Origin: Candidatus Oxydemutatoraceae bacterium
Lineage (GTDB): Bacteria; Pseudomonadota; Gammaproteobacteria; Poriferisulfidales; Oxydemutatoraceae
Assembly (NCBI GenBank): GCA_965219575.1
Contig: OZ244779.1
Span: 1,164,769 to 1,228,768 of the forward strand
Reading direction: 5' to 3'
Length of the DNA stretch: 64,000 nucleotides
A program made the translations under genes and the position numbers. Positions within the stretch are counted from its first letter, which is position 1. Each line of letters begins with the position of its first letter. The notes beneath the pieces are model-generated. The model made no database searches, was not told the origin of the DNA, and saw nothing but the letters and a program-made list of their open reading frames with translations. Shown in pieces: positions 37,601-52,600 of the stretch.

Positions 37601-40600
37601 TAGCGAATCGTTAATAACGAATTCGGTCACAATCATTTCAACCGTTGACCCCGACGGCGACTTTATTTTCAATGACCCCGACATAGACGACGACAACAAC
37701 GGGCTGATAGAAATCCACTGCTTGGAAGACCTCAACAGGGTGCGCTATGAGTTGGACGGCAGAGGTTATAAGGACAGCGACGATGGCGATCTCAATACCA
37801 CCGGTTGCCCGGTTGGTGGTTGTATCGGCTACGAGTTGGTGCAGAACCTCGATTTCGAGGACGATGCAAGCTACTGTACATCGGATACGGATACGACTGC
37901 GCGCGACGCACTCAAGGCTGCGTGGACGGTGGCGCAGGGCAATTTCGGAAATCCCAGAGATCTGAGCTGGCAACCGATAGGGGGTGTATTCAGCGCAGTG
38001 TTTGACGGGAATAACAACAAAATCTCAAATCTGCAAATAAATAGTAGCGTTCCAACAATACAAACAAATGTGGGTTTATTCTCCGTTATCGGTGCAAACG
38101 CAAAAGTTGAAAATCTGCGGCTTGAAGATGTTGCGATCAAAGGCTTCGTGGTTAGGAGAAACATAGGCGGCATCGCCGGCACTTTGCGCCGCGACGGCTT
38201 AGTTTTTAATAGTTATGTGACCGGTAATACCGACGGGAACAATACCGATAAAGTAATCTCGGGGGATTTGGGAATTATGGGGGGGTTGATCGGCTTGAAC
38301 CGAGGTAACATCCTCAATAGTTATGCACAAATTAATATACGCTTGGATGCGAGGAGCGGGACCCTACCACCGGTGACGAGTGATGTCAAGTTCGCCGGTG
38401 GATTGGTCGGTCAGAATAGCGGCGGCGGTAAGATTCTAAACAGCTATTATGCAAACGGAGAAGTCCTCGCACCTTGCGCTGTCGGTGGATTGGTCGGGGT
38501 TCAAAGATCCGAGAACCGGAATACGCTGTCGCTGACCAGCGAAATCAGAAATAGTTATGTCTTTGCTGCTAGGGTGCGACTGAACCGTGCCGAGTCTCGT
38601 TGCGGAAACTGGATCGACAATACCGTGTATGCCGGCGGGTTGGTCGGTTTTAGTGCCGATTCTCCCATTACCAATAGCTATGTAGGAAATGGGACCAGGG
38701 CATTTAGAGACGGCAATAGAAACACATGTTCTAGTAGTCAAATAGCACTCCAAAATTTCTCTGTAGACGGTGTTCCTATCACAAGAAATATTGCAATTCG
38801 TCTCGGCGGCTTTGCCGGGCGTATCAACAATGACGATATAACCCACGGTTATTGGGAATACAACGGTTATCAGTGTTCTAGTGATTCTACTAATAGATAC
38901 TATGGCTTAGCTGATTCGCCGCTCAGAGCTAGGCATGGCAATGACGAATTGATATTTGCTACAGCTCCGAATGCGGCACCGATAGACGGCCAATGTGAGG
39001 ATCTTAGAACCGGTGCACAGTATGATTGTACGACTTATACAAACTGGAGCACCGACGATTGGTTCTTCGGTGAGAGTGATGAATATCCGTCGATTAGACA
39101 CGCTGTCGGATTGGTTAGAAATAATCCGGGTTGCGATTTTGACGACACCACCTCACTGCCTAAATGTGGTGATTTATTGCTTGGCCAACCGCCCCACGAT
39201 AATGCACCCGACGAGTTAGAGGCACCTCTGCAGGTAGATATCCCGCCGCAAGCGAGAATTCGCTATGCCGTCGACGGCGACACCCTAACCGAACTAAACG
39301 CACCGAATACGATCACTATAGACGAGGGAGAGACCCTGACCCTGGATGCGTTGCGGAGCATCTCGGCAAATAATGCGCCTTTGAACTATTTATGGAGGCA
39401 GGCGAGCGGTCCAATGTTGTTGCTCGAACCGGTTGCCGGCACCGAGATCGAACTCGCTGCCGCCGATGATTTCGTAGCTGCCGATGCGGATAGCGCACAA
39501 GTTGTTATCTGGTTGGAACTCGGAGAGAGAAACAATCCCGATTTGTTCAAATTAGTAAGTATCACGCTGAATGTCATTAAACGCAACAGTCAAGGTAGCT
39601 TGACTGTCGATTGGTTGGGTGATGCAGTACTGTATTTATCCGAAATCAACGACCCCGACGGTGGTCCTTTCACCGATGTCGAGTATCAATGGCGCCGAGG
39701 AAGTGACGGAAGATTCGTCGATATCGGAGGTGCAAACGAATTGAGTTATAGAGTGCCACCGGAGGCTAGGGACGGTCGGTATCGTCTGCAAGTCGGGTAT
39801 ACCGACGGACAAGGTTATTTCAATCGCGTTTCCTTCGACGCACAACCGTACTCGACGATTGCCGATTTGGTCGATAAAGACCGAGACGGATTGATAGAGA
39901 TTTCTACGATAGAGCAACTGAGTGCCATCCGCCATCAACCCGACGGCAGCGGCTATAAAGCCGAAATGAACGGTGCATCCGATAGTAGCGGTTGTCCGGG
40001 CGGGACTTGTCGCGGTTACGAATTGGTTAGGAATTTGGATTTCGACGACCGCGCTAGTTATAGCAGTACTGCGACCGATGTGATAGAACAATGGGATAAT
40101 TGGAATGGAATTGATAATTTTAATACCGTTTTTGAAGGCAACGAATTGACGATTTCAAATCTAAAAATAATCGGCGAAGCGAATAGTTCGAATATAGGTC
40201 TGTTCGGTAGAACACTACAAGCGGCTGAAATTCGGAATATCAGCTTGGCACAAGCCAGTGTGCAGGGCGCAAACAGGGTGGGCATGCTCGCCGGTAATTT
40301 TACCGGTCGTGCGATTACCGACAGTCATGTGTTGAGTGGTGATGTCGTCGTAACCGGTGAAATCGGCGGTTGTTTGATCGGCCGTGCCGGCGGCAACGCG
40401 ACTATTAGTGATAGTTCGGTAAATTGTACGATAACCGGATACAATACCGTGGGTGGTTTGGTCGGTGAGAGTTCTGCAGGAATTGAGCGTAGCTTTGCAA
40501 CCGGTGCGGTTGTAGAATTGCCGCTATCCAATCTAAGCCGCACAATCGAGATCGGAGGATTGGTTGCCACCTTGCTCGATGGGCGTATCGAGGATAGCTA

Positions 40601-43600
40601 TGCAGCCGTTGATATACGAAGTCAAAGTACGAACAATTTGATCTTTTCCTCTTCGGGGGTCGGTGGCTTGGTCGGCCGGAGTGAGTTTGGTGCCTCGATT
40701 AACAATAGTTATGCGATAGGTGATGTAATCAATGTCGGAGATGCTCGTATCGATCTCGTAGGCGGCTTGGTCGGAGATGCAGGCGGTTCGATATCAAATA
40801 GTTATGCAACCGGCAATGTGGATGTATCGAGCGGCTTGCAAAGCCTCAATACGGGCGGTTTGGTCGGACGCCTCAACGCGACGACCGTTGATAATAGTTA
40901 TGCAAGCGGCGATGTAAAAGGATATAGAAATGTGGGCGGGTTGATCGGCTGGGTGAGAGACTCTAATTCGGGCATCAATAATAGCTATGCCAACGGTGCG
41001 GTTAGCGGGGATGCTCGAATAGGCGGCTTGGTCGGTAATGCAAACGGCGGTGGAATATCAAACAGTTATGCAATCGGCAACCTGAGCGGGCGAGCGGATG
41101 TCGGAGGCTTGGTCGGTATCGGATCTGCATCATTGCAAAACAGTTATTGGGACATTGACCGTAGCGGTACAACAAGCAGTGTTGTTGCAAGAGGCTTTGC
41201 ATCCGAAGTCCTTAAATCGGCAACTGCGCCAAGCATGACAGCAAACGGAGTGTATTACACCTGGAGTTCGGATAACTGGGATTTCGGTGTCGACACGCAG
41301 TATCCTGCCCTTAAATACAGAGACGCTAGTTGCGGAACTGCAACACCATCATCGAATTGCGGCGAGGTGTTGTTGCGTCAACGTCTCGGCTTGCGAGATA
41401 TACGATTAAGCCAACTAGGTGCAACGAGGCAGGCACAAATTGTTCCGACCTTCGATGCAACGATCGATAAGGAGGATCCCGATGCGACCGCGGTCAGAGA
41501 CTATAGATTATATGTGGACAGCAATGCCCTCGAATTTGGAATTAACGCGGTTGCAAATAGCCGCGACAGCGTCATCGCCGTGGACGGCGGTCCGGTATCG
41601 GCAGGCACGGTAGATTATTCGCCTGCTCTGGACTTTTCTACCACGACGGTGGTGAAAATACTGGTGTCCGAACCGTACGAGATTGAAGGCAAGGAAAACC
41701 TCAAAGTTGAATATCGTTTAACGCTCAATGCTTTCCCGATGGTCGACGACATTCAATATCAAGCGGCACTAGATCCGCAATCGGCACCGCTAAATGCTTC
41801 GGTGCCGATAAGGGAAGGCCACTTTATAGTTTTGACTAGCCGGGTGTCGGATATCAACGGTAACGATTTGAGCTACCGGTGGACGGTGGATAGAACTCAA
41901 GTATCACTTTTGGACGAATCTACGCTCGTCGGCACCGTCGTAGGCGGTTCGGGTAATATCATTCTTCCGTTCTATTTGACCGATGATTTCGTCGCCGCAG
42001 ATCGCTCTCAAGAGATGGTGCGTGTGTCGTTGACGGTTCAAGATTCCGAAGGCATCAGCATGACCGAGGAACTGTCGTTGCCGGTGATGAAACACAACAA
42101 CGGCACAATCGGTGGAATCAGCACACCTACGCAGATAGGCTTCACTTATACTGCCCCGACCGTCACTGCGACGCAGTTGGCCGAGGACCCCGACCGGGGA
42201 GGTGATATCGATAGCATCGGCTATCAATGGCAGCGGCAGTTCGAGGGTATTTGGTCGGATATTGCCGGTGAGACCGATCTAAGGTATACCGTAGGCGGCT
42301 TTATTGCCGATTTCTATCGGGTGATCATAAGCTATACCGACGGTCAAGGCTATAGAGTTGAGGTGCCGTCGGCACCGGCGCGAGCCTCGTCGGGTTTGTT
42401 GTTGAGAGCACTACCCGGAGCCGAAACCACTGCAATAGGAGGAGTTCTTATCCTCTTCAACGCAGAGAATTTAAGGGAAGCCGAAGGTGATATGCGAGCG
42501 GGTTTCTTCATAGATACGACAAGCTATACCGTCCCTACCGAAACCGACCAAATCACGCTTACAGTAGCATCCGCAGACTCCGTTGTAAGCGTAAACGGTA
42601 TGCCCAGAGGGAGATCCTTTGACATTTCCCTTCCGCTCAATTTCGGCAATAATGTGATTACCGTTCAATGGCAAGATGAAGACGACAATCCGATAACCTA
42701 TGAGATAACCGTCCGCCGTGCATACAATACGACGCTACAAAGCTGGCGCATTGCCTGGCAAGGGCAAACTGCGATAGATTTTACCGCAACACCGCCGCAG
42801 CCGGATACCGACCATATATTATCGGAGTTCATCCCCAACAACATTCAAACCGTATCGGTGTCCGCACGGATATCCGAAGCGGTGAATATTGCCATTGATT
42901 TGAACGAAGACAATGTCGGCAATGTTAGCACCGGCACCTCGACCGAGGCCGGCGCGGTTGTGGCGCAAGCGACGGTCGCCGGCTTAGTCTTAGGGGAGAA
43001 TACCATTCGCTTTGTTATATCGTCTCCGGACGGCTTGCAGAGTGAGGAATATACCGCAACAGTCTGGCGCAGATATAATGCTCAGCTGGAAGCCTTAACT
43101 ACGAGTGCTACGGAGGAGCAACTCTTGCCGTCATTTGATTCCGAAACAACCGAATATTCGGCACGCACCGCCAACCACCGTGCATCCGAGCGGATCGATT
43201 TTAGCGGGGCAGCAGGGACAACGGTCGTCGTTAACGATGTGGCAAGAGCTTCCACATCTACGCTACCTCTGCGCATAGGCGATAACACCGCCGAGCTGAT
43301 AGTGATGGCACCGCGTGAACGAGATACGACTTACACGGTTATCGTCCACCGTGAATATAGCCTGAATCTGCGCAGCCTCGGTTTGGCGAATGCAGTGGAA
43401 TTAGTACCGACACTTGTTCCTACGGGAGATAGATATATCACGGAAAATCGATATACCGCAACGGTTCCCGATACGACGACGCAAGTTACGGTGACATTCG
43501 CAACCGACCTAGGCATAGGGTCGCTTCTGAGTGCGCCCATCCAGCCGGTGATTACCGAGAATACGATACGCAACAACGATGCCGACGATCGGATAGAGAC

Positions 43601-46600
43601 CACCGCATCGGTGCCGTTGAACTTCGACGAAAATCGTATTTTACTAACGACTTCGGCACTCGGAGAGCAACGTGTTACCACGATTACGGTTACCCGACTC
43701 AGAGGTAAAAATCCCGATTTGCAGCCGCAGCCCGCCGGTTTGGTTCCCGAGACGGCGGATTCTATAAGCTACGATGAAGATACTCGACGCTATACCATCG
43801 ATGTCCCCAATCGTATTGCCGACCTTCGGCTGACCTTGAGACCGCAGGATCCGAATGTTTCTAGTATTACTCTGGGCAATACATCACTGGATTTGAGTGG
43901 CCTGAATAGACAACTGGATCTGAGTAGCCTGAGAGACACCGGTTCGGTTAACGGAATTATTTCCGGCTTGATAGAAGGCGGGGCGGTTGAAGTAGGACTG
44001 AAAATAATCGCACACGACGGGATCAATTCGCAGACCTATACGGTGACAGTCAATCGTGCATTGAGTAGCAACGACAACCTCGATTATGTGCAACTTAGTC
44101 AATTTAATGAAGGACAAGACTCCGCCGCTGTTTCGTTTAGGATAGACAGCGGACAGTTTATCGAACTATTGTCGCAGCAGTCTCTTCGCAACGAGGTGGA
44201 TAGAATCAGATTGAACCCGACAACCGAGCGCAGAGATGCAAACGTTAAAATTACCAAAGTCGGGGATACACCCGAAATCGTCTACTTTAATGCAGAAGGT
44301 AGCGGTATCACTCCGAGCGACTTCATCAATCTGGATTTGGGACGAAACGATATTAGAATTAAAGTAACCGCACCCGATAGAATAACATCGACTACCTATA
44401 CGCTGAGCATAACTCGCAACCTGAGCGACAATACCGAATTGGAAACAGCCCCCAGTGTTTCGGGTAATCCGGCGCGGTTGGTGCGGCGAGGCGTGTATAT
44501 CGCCGAGCTCGATAGAGGTACGACGAGCTTTTCCGTAGAGGCGACGGCCTTACATCCGAGCGCGACGGTGACGATTACAACTGCGACGGTGACGATTGAT
44601 AACCTTATCAACGCCGATCGTAGCACACGCATATCCGATATCCCCATAAGTGTCGATATGTCCGAGCAGGAGTTTGCCATATTCGTGCTGGCGCAGAACC
44701 AAATGAGCAGCCAATCTTATGTCTTGACGGTAAGACTTATCGAGAGTTCGGATGCGAACTTGGCTTCGCTGAGCGTGGAGCGTGCCAGCCCGAGTAATAT
44801 AGCCTTGGATGACAACGAAAATGTATATCGAACAACCTTACCTGAGAATATATCGGCTACGACTGTAACCGCGGTTGCGAACGATCGATTTGCAACGGTG
44901 AAAATTACAGAAAACGGCAGATCAATTGGGTCGAGAGGCCAAGAGGCAATAGGAAGGATTTTCATATTCGACACCGGTGTCAGTAGAACTTTGCAGATTG
45001 AAGTGACCGCGCAGGATGATACGGTAAGAACTTATACCTTGACTATTACTCGTGCAGAAAGTAGCAATAATTGTTTGCAGGCTCTGACGATTCTAAACAG
45101 CGCAGATAATAGCCGTGCAGCGGGTAGGACCCTCGGTAGCTGCGACGATACCAATCCATCTTTTAATGTAGCCAATTCGGTGGCACAAATATTAGTCCGA
45201 CCGACCGCCGAAGACAGCCGCCGTGCAACTATCGAAGTGCGTGCGCCGGGCGACACCGTCGGCGAGCAGGTGCGACGCGGTGCAAATAGCACTAGACCGA
45301 TAGCGGTGCCCGAAGGCGGCACAACGACGTTTACGATCGTAGTGACCGCCCAAAACGGCGAGACCCGATCTTATACCGTGGCGGTGAATCGCGCCGCAAG
45401 TTCGAATGCCGATTTGAGTGATTTGCGGTTAGTCGATATAAACAATGCGAACTTACTGCCGAACTTTGATCCTACGAGCAGAACACAGGTCTATAGGTTC
45501 GGGGTTCCGAATACCACCACCGGCACCAGAGTGACTGCCACGGCCCATCCGAGAGCAGTGATAAGGGTCGATATAGACGGTGTGGAGGATACCACCACCG
45601 CCACCGGCACGATTGACAGTGAGTTCGATTTGGAAGAGGCCGAAGTAGAAAAACGGATTCGTATTGTGGTTACTTCCCAAGACCGCAATAACATCCGAGG
45701 CTACACCGTGTTCGTTACGCGTGCCGAAGCCGATTCAACGAATGCAAACTTAGCAAGCATTGCGATTTCGTTGAATAACAATGTGCGTACGCCTTTGTTC
45801 ACATTGACATCACCCGACGAGGGTACAACCGCAACCTATTCGGCGCGTATCATGGGGACAGCCGAGCGTGAAGTCCAGACTATAGAGCAAATCATCGTAT
45901 CGCCGCGTGCCGAAGACGGAGGTGCGACGATTAGTATAGACGGAGATGCAGAGGTATCTATGCCCGATGCGCAGGTCACGCTCGATGCCGAATTGGATGC
46001 ACCGGAGGAGCAACCCATAGCCATTAAAGTGACTGCCGGTGATAAGACTACATCTGCGGTGTATAGCTTGCAAATAACCCGAGTGAGCAGTGCGGATGTG
46101 GGTTTTGCAACTGTCGTTGTCGGGGGTGCCGAACTGGATATCGACGATCGTTCAACCCGATATACGGCAAGTATAGGAGAGCGTACGACGAATACCATCG
46201 TGTCCGTAAGAACAAGACATTCGCAGGCGACAATGGAAATCACTTTAGGCAGTGATACCGTTTCTACCGGAAATCGTGCGAGCAGACTTGTTGTTATCGA
46301 CGATACCGGCGGCAGGGAATCTTTGCAGATCAAAGTGATTGCCCAAAACGGCATGACGAGCCGAACTTATACCGTCGAAGTGAATCGCGACCGCAGTAGC
46401 GATACGAGCTTGGCGAGTATCATCGTGGGTAATACTTCTGCAACGGTGGTGGACAATAGAACCTATACGGCAACCCTAAATCAGAATACATCGAGGACGA
46501 CCGTAACCGTAACCGCCAATAGCACGCACGCGACGACGGTGATCAGCGAAGGCGGGTCTTCTACGCGTGGCAGACAGCGGGTGAGTAGAGGGCTCACTAT

Positions 46601-49600
46601 CGCCGATCCCGGAGATAGCAAGGAATTACAGATTCGTATCACCGCACAAAGCGGCGCAGTGCAAACATATAGATTGACGGTAGAACGAGAGCAAAGCACC
46701 GACGACCGTCTCTATGAATTGGCGTTGCTACCGTCGTCGGGCAGACCCGTGCGGATAATCACTAGACCGACTACGACGACCGAACATCAACGGCAGTTTG
46801 ATTTCGGGGTGACCGGTATCAGGGTGCAAGCGTTTGCACATCCGAATGCCGATAAGATAGAAGTATTTGCACCGGGAAGCGATGCCGGCGAAGAGATAGC
46901 GCAGGGCGGTGTCAGTTCTTTAATCCCGTTGACCGAAGGTGAGCCTTCGGTGATTAGGATTTTGGTGACCGCACAAGACGGTGAGACGACTAGACCTTAT
47001 GTGATACGGGTGACCCGTGCTTTGAATCCCGACGACGATTTGAGAGGTCTTGGGTTAATATCCGAAGGTGTGAGATTAGACCGATCTTTCAATAGAAACA
47101 CTTTGCGATACGGGGTGACGGGAAATATCGGCGAGAGACTTACGGTGACGGTGACCTCCGGCCCGGGTCAGCGAATTATCGTAGACGACGACGAGACACC
47201 TGTGATTGACGCCCGTTCGGAGTCGGTAAACTCTGCTTTCTCTAGATCCTTGGAGTACGGAGAGAATACGATTGAGATTTTAGTGATTGCTCAGAACCGT
47301 ATGACGAGTCAAACCTATATCTTGACTGCATTTCGTCCGGTGGTTTTGGAGGATTTACTTTTGGAAGGACTCAGTCGGCGTGCTATAGAGCCTTATCGCT
47401 TCGATCCTTTCGAGAGAAACTATGCGGTGACGGTTGATAGGACGACGGCATCCCTCGTAATTACTCCGGTGATACCCTTGGTCAGCGGTATTGAATATAC
47501 GATTTCTCAAGGGGGCGAGAGAATAACACAAGATGAAGCGGCGTCTATCGCGCTGATGACGGCAGAGACCAAAGTTATCACCGTAGCACTGGAAGCACCG
47601 AACGGAACGATGAATAGCTATAGGGTGCGTGCAACTCGGGAACGGAGTAACAACGCCAACTTGGGTAATCTGCAGGTATCGTTTGAAACTACACTGTTCC
47701 AATTCGACAACCTAGCGACAAGTGCGAACTATGTCTATACGGTTCCTAATCGTATAGCCGATATTAGATTGTCGGCGGGAGTAGCGCAAACCAGCGCAAC
47801 GATTATAGACTTTAGGATAAATAATAATCCGGCAGGCGGCGTGTCGTCGGATGAAACCGAGATAGATGAGACTATTCCCTTAAACGAGGGTGAGACTAAA
47901 GAAATCACGATTAAAGTACTCGCTCAAGACCTAGAGACGAGCAAAACCTATACGATCGGTGTGACCCGTAGGCTCAGTAGCAATACCGACTTGAGTAGCG
48001 CACCGATAATCATCATCGGCGAGACTACGGCAAGCGCAGTTTTGGTAAGCGATACCGAATATACTGCGGTGATTGATAGAAATGTAACCTCGTTCTCGGT
48101 ATCGGCGACGGCAGCACATTCCAGTGCGACGGTAACGATTAGTATTAACGATGGCTTGGATGCAGTCGGTGGTCGGACTGTAACGAAGACCGGTATCCCG
48201 ATTAGGGTTCCGACGAGTCCTGCCGACATTGCGGCAGCACGGCAAGAGATTACTATAGTCGTGCGGGCACCGGATAGAACCACCATCCAAGAATATACTT
48301 TGACGGTACGCCTTGCCGATAGCACCGATGTAAGCCTGGCTTCGCTGAGCGTGAGAGACGAACAGCGACGGCCGGGTAGCGACGGGACTTACGCTGTGTC
48401 TTTTACCGAGGCTGTGGCGGATTTCAATGTGGTCGCAATGGCGACCGATCTATTTGCAACGGTGACGATTACCGATATTACCGATACCGAAAACGACATG
48501 TTGCTCTTTGCAGGAGGTCAAAGAGTAGAAGGTGAGATTACTTTAGAGACCGGAGAGGATAAGACTTTGAGCATTAAAGTGACCGCACAAGATGGCATAA
48601 CGAGTCAAACTTATATCTTGACAGTGGACCGAGCTCGGAGTTCGGATGCGAGCTTGGCTTCGCTGGGTGTGTCCAATACCACTCCGAGTAACATAGTGTT
48701 GCAAGATAACCTATTTAGATATACTGCAACCTTAGCCGAGGATGTAGCAAATACGACCGTGACCGCAGTTGCCGGCAATCGATTTGCAATGGTGACGATT
48801 ACCGATATTACCGATACCGAAAACGACATGTCATTCACCCCAGGAGTTGAAAGAGCAATAAGGAGAGCCACCCTAGACCGGACCGGAGATATGAGAACCT
48901 TGCAAATCAGAGTGACCGCACAAAACGGTGTAGCGATGAGCCGTATCTATACCTTGACGGTGATACGCGCCAAGAGTTCGGATGCGAGCTTGAGGTCGCT
49001 TACCGTCGATCGTGCCGACCCGGAAGAGTTGGTATCGGAAGCCGACCGAGACCGAGACGAATATACCGCGACCGTAGGTGATGATGTGGCAAATACGACT
49101 GTGACCGTCGTTGCAACCGATCCATTTGCAACGGTGACGATTACCGATATTACCGATACCGAAAACGGCATGGAGCTTGCTCGAGGAGTTCAAACTACAA
49201 CGACTAGGATTACTTTAGAGGAGACCGGAGATCGTAAAACCTTAAGCATTGAAGTAATCGCACAAAACGGCACGACGAGCACTTATACCTTGACGGTGGT
49301 GCGCGAGCAGAGCCGCGATACGAGTTTAGCTTCGCTTACCGTCGATGATGGTACCGACCGGGAAGAGTTGGTGTCGGAAACCGACCGAGACCCAGACGAA
49401 TATACTGCGACCGTAGGTGTGGATGTGGCAAACACGACCGTGACCGCCGTTGCAAACAATACATCTGCAACAGTGACGATTACCGAAAACGGCAGGGTTG
49501 TCGCCGGAGGAGATGATCGCAGGGCAGAAAGAGGTATTACTTTAGCTCGGAGAGGAGACACTAAAACCTTGCAGATCAAGGTGACCGCACAAAACGGCAT

Positions 49601-52600
49601 GACGAGTCGGACTTATACTTTGATAGTAGCCCGAGGGGTGAGTCTGGATACGAGTTTAGCCTCGCTTATCGTCGATGATGGTACCGACCGGGAAGAGTTG
49701 GTATCGTTAGTATCGGAAGCCGACCCGGACGGATATACCTTAACCGTAGCCGAGAATGTGGTAAATACGACCATGACCGTCGTTGCCAACGATGAATTTG
49801 CAACGGTGACGATTACCGATATTACCGATATCGAAAACGACATGCTGCTCGCTGAAGGAGGGCAAAGTACGGTAACTAGGATTACTTTAGAAGAGACCGG
49901 AGATCGTAAAACCCTACAGATTAAAGTGATTGCTGAAAGTCGTACGACGAGTCGGACTTATGCCTTGACGGTGGTGCGTGCCGATAGCTCGGATGCGAGC
50001 TTGGCTTCGCTTAGCGTGTCCAATATCAGCCCGAATATAGTGTTGCGAGATGACCTATTTACATATACTGCAACCTTAGCCGAGGATGTAGCAAATACGA
50101 CCATGACCGCGGTTGCCGGCAATCGATTTGCAACGGTGACGATTACCGAGATTACCGAGAACAACATGCCGTTCGCCGCAGGAGTTGAAAGAGCAATAGG
50201 GAGAGCCACCCTAGACCGGACCGGAGACACTAGAACCTTCCAAATTAGAGTGACCGCACAAAACCGTGTAGCGATGAGCCGGATCTATACTTTGGAAGTG
50301 ACTCGAGCTAAAAGTAGCGATGCGAGCTTGAGGTCGCTTACCGTCGATCGTGCCGACCCCGAAGAGTTGGTATCGGAAGCCGACCGAGACCGAGACGAAT
50401 ATACCGCGACCGTAGGTGATGATGTGGCAAATACGACTGTGACCGTCGTCGCTAACGATGAATTTGCAACGGTGAGGATTACCGATACCACCGATACCGA
50501 AAACGGCACGCTGCTCGCTGAAGGCGGTCAAAGTACGGCAACTGGGATTACTTTAGAGGAGAGCGGAGACAGTAGAACCTTAAGTATCAAAGTGATTGCC
50601 CAAAATGGCACGACGAGTCAAACTTATACCTTGACGGTGATGCGTGCCGAGAGTTCGGATGTGAGCTTGGCTTCGCTACGCGTGGATCGTGTCGACCCAC
50701 GCGATATAGAGTTGGATGACGATGAAAATGTATATACCGCAACCTTACCCGAAAATGTGTCGAATACGACCGTGACCGTCGTCGCTAACGATGAATCTGC
50801 AACGGTGGAAATCACCTTAGACGAAGATACCGTTTCTAACGGAAATAGTGCAAGCAGACCGGTTGTTATTGACGAGACCGGAGACAGTAGAACCTTAAGT
50901 ATCAAAGTGATTGCTCAAAATGGCACGACGAGTCGGACTTATACCTTGACGGTGATGCGTGCCGGGAGTTCGGATGTGAGCTTGGCTTCGCTGCGCGTGC
51001 AGAACACCATTTCAAGTGATTTAGAAGTGGTAGACAATAAAACCTTATATACCGCAACCCTGCCCGAAAATGTGTCGAATACGACCGTGACCGTCGTCGC
51101 TAACGATGAATCTGCAACGGTGGAAATCACCTTAGACGAAGATATTGTTTCTAACGGAAATAGTGCAAGCAGACCTGTTGTTATTGACGAGACCGGAGAC
51201 AGTAGAACCTTAAGCATTAAAGTGATTGCCCAAAATGGCACGACGAGTCGGACTTATACCTTGACGGTGATGCGCGCCGAGAGTTCGGATGTGAGCTTGG
51301 CTTCACTGAGCGTGGAGAACACCATTTCAAGTGATTTAGAAGTGGTAGACAATAAAACCTTATATACCGCAACCCTGCCTGAAACTGTGGCAAATACGAC
51401 CGTGACCGTCGTCGCTAACGATGAATCTGCAACGGTGGAAATCACCTTAGACGAAGATATTGTTTCTAACGAAAATAGTGCAAGCAGACCTGTTGTTATT
51501 GACGAGACCGGAGACAGTAGAACCTTAAGTATCAAAGTGATTGCTCAAAATGGCACGACGAGTCGGACTTATACTTTGATAGTAGCCCGAGGGGTAAGTT
51601 TGGATGTGAGTTTGGGTTCGCTACGCGTGAATCGTGCCGACCCGGACGATATAGAGTTGGATGACAATGAAAATGTATATACCGCAACCTTACCTGAAAA
51701 TGTTTCAAATACGACCGTGACCGTCGTCGCTAACGATGAATCTGCAACGGTGGAAATCACCTTAGACGAAGATACCGTTTCTAACGGAAATAGTGCAAGC
51801 AGACCTGTTGTTATTGACGAGACCGGAGACAGTAGAACCTTAAGCATTAAAGTGATTGCCCAAAATGGCACGACGAGTCGGACTTATACCTTGACGGTGA
51901 TGCGCGCCGAGAGTTCGGATGTGAGCTTGGCTTCACTGAGCGTGGAGAACACCATTTCAAGTGATTTAGAAGTGGTAGACAATAAAACCTTATATACCGC
52001 AACCCTGCCTGAAACTGTGGCAAATACGACCGTGACCGTCGTCGCTAACGATGAATTTGCAACGGTGGAAATCACCTTAGACGAAGATATTGTTTCTAAC
52101 GAAAATAGTGCAAGCAGACCTGTTGTTATTGACGAGACCGGAGACAGTAGAACCTTAAGTATCAAAGTGATTGCTCAAAATGGCACGACGAGTCGGACTT
52201 ATACTTTGATAGTAGCCCGAGGGGTAAGTTTGGATGTGAGTTTGGGTTCGCTACGCGTGAATCGTGCCGACCCGGACGATATAGAGTTGGATGACAATGA
52301 AAATGTATATACCGCAACCTTACCTGAAAATGTTTCAAATACGACGGTGACCGTCGTCGCTAACGATGAATCTGCAACGGTGGAAATCACCTTAGACGAA
52401 GATATTGTTTCTAACGAAAATAGTGCAAGCAGACCTGTTGTTATTGACGAGACCGGAGACAGTAGAACCTTAAGCATTAAAGTGATTGCCCAAAATGGCA
52501 CGACGAGTCGGACTTATACCTTGACGGTGATGCGCGCCGAGAGTTCGGATGTGAGCTTGGCTTCGCTGAGCGTGCAGAACACCATTTCAAGTGATTTAGA

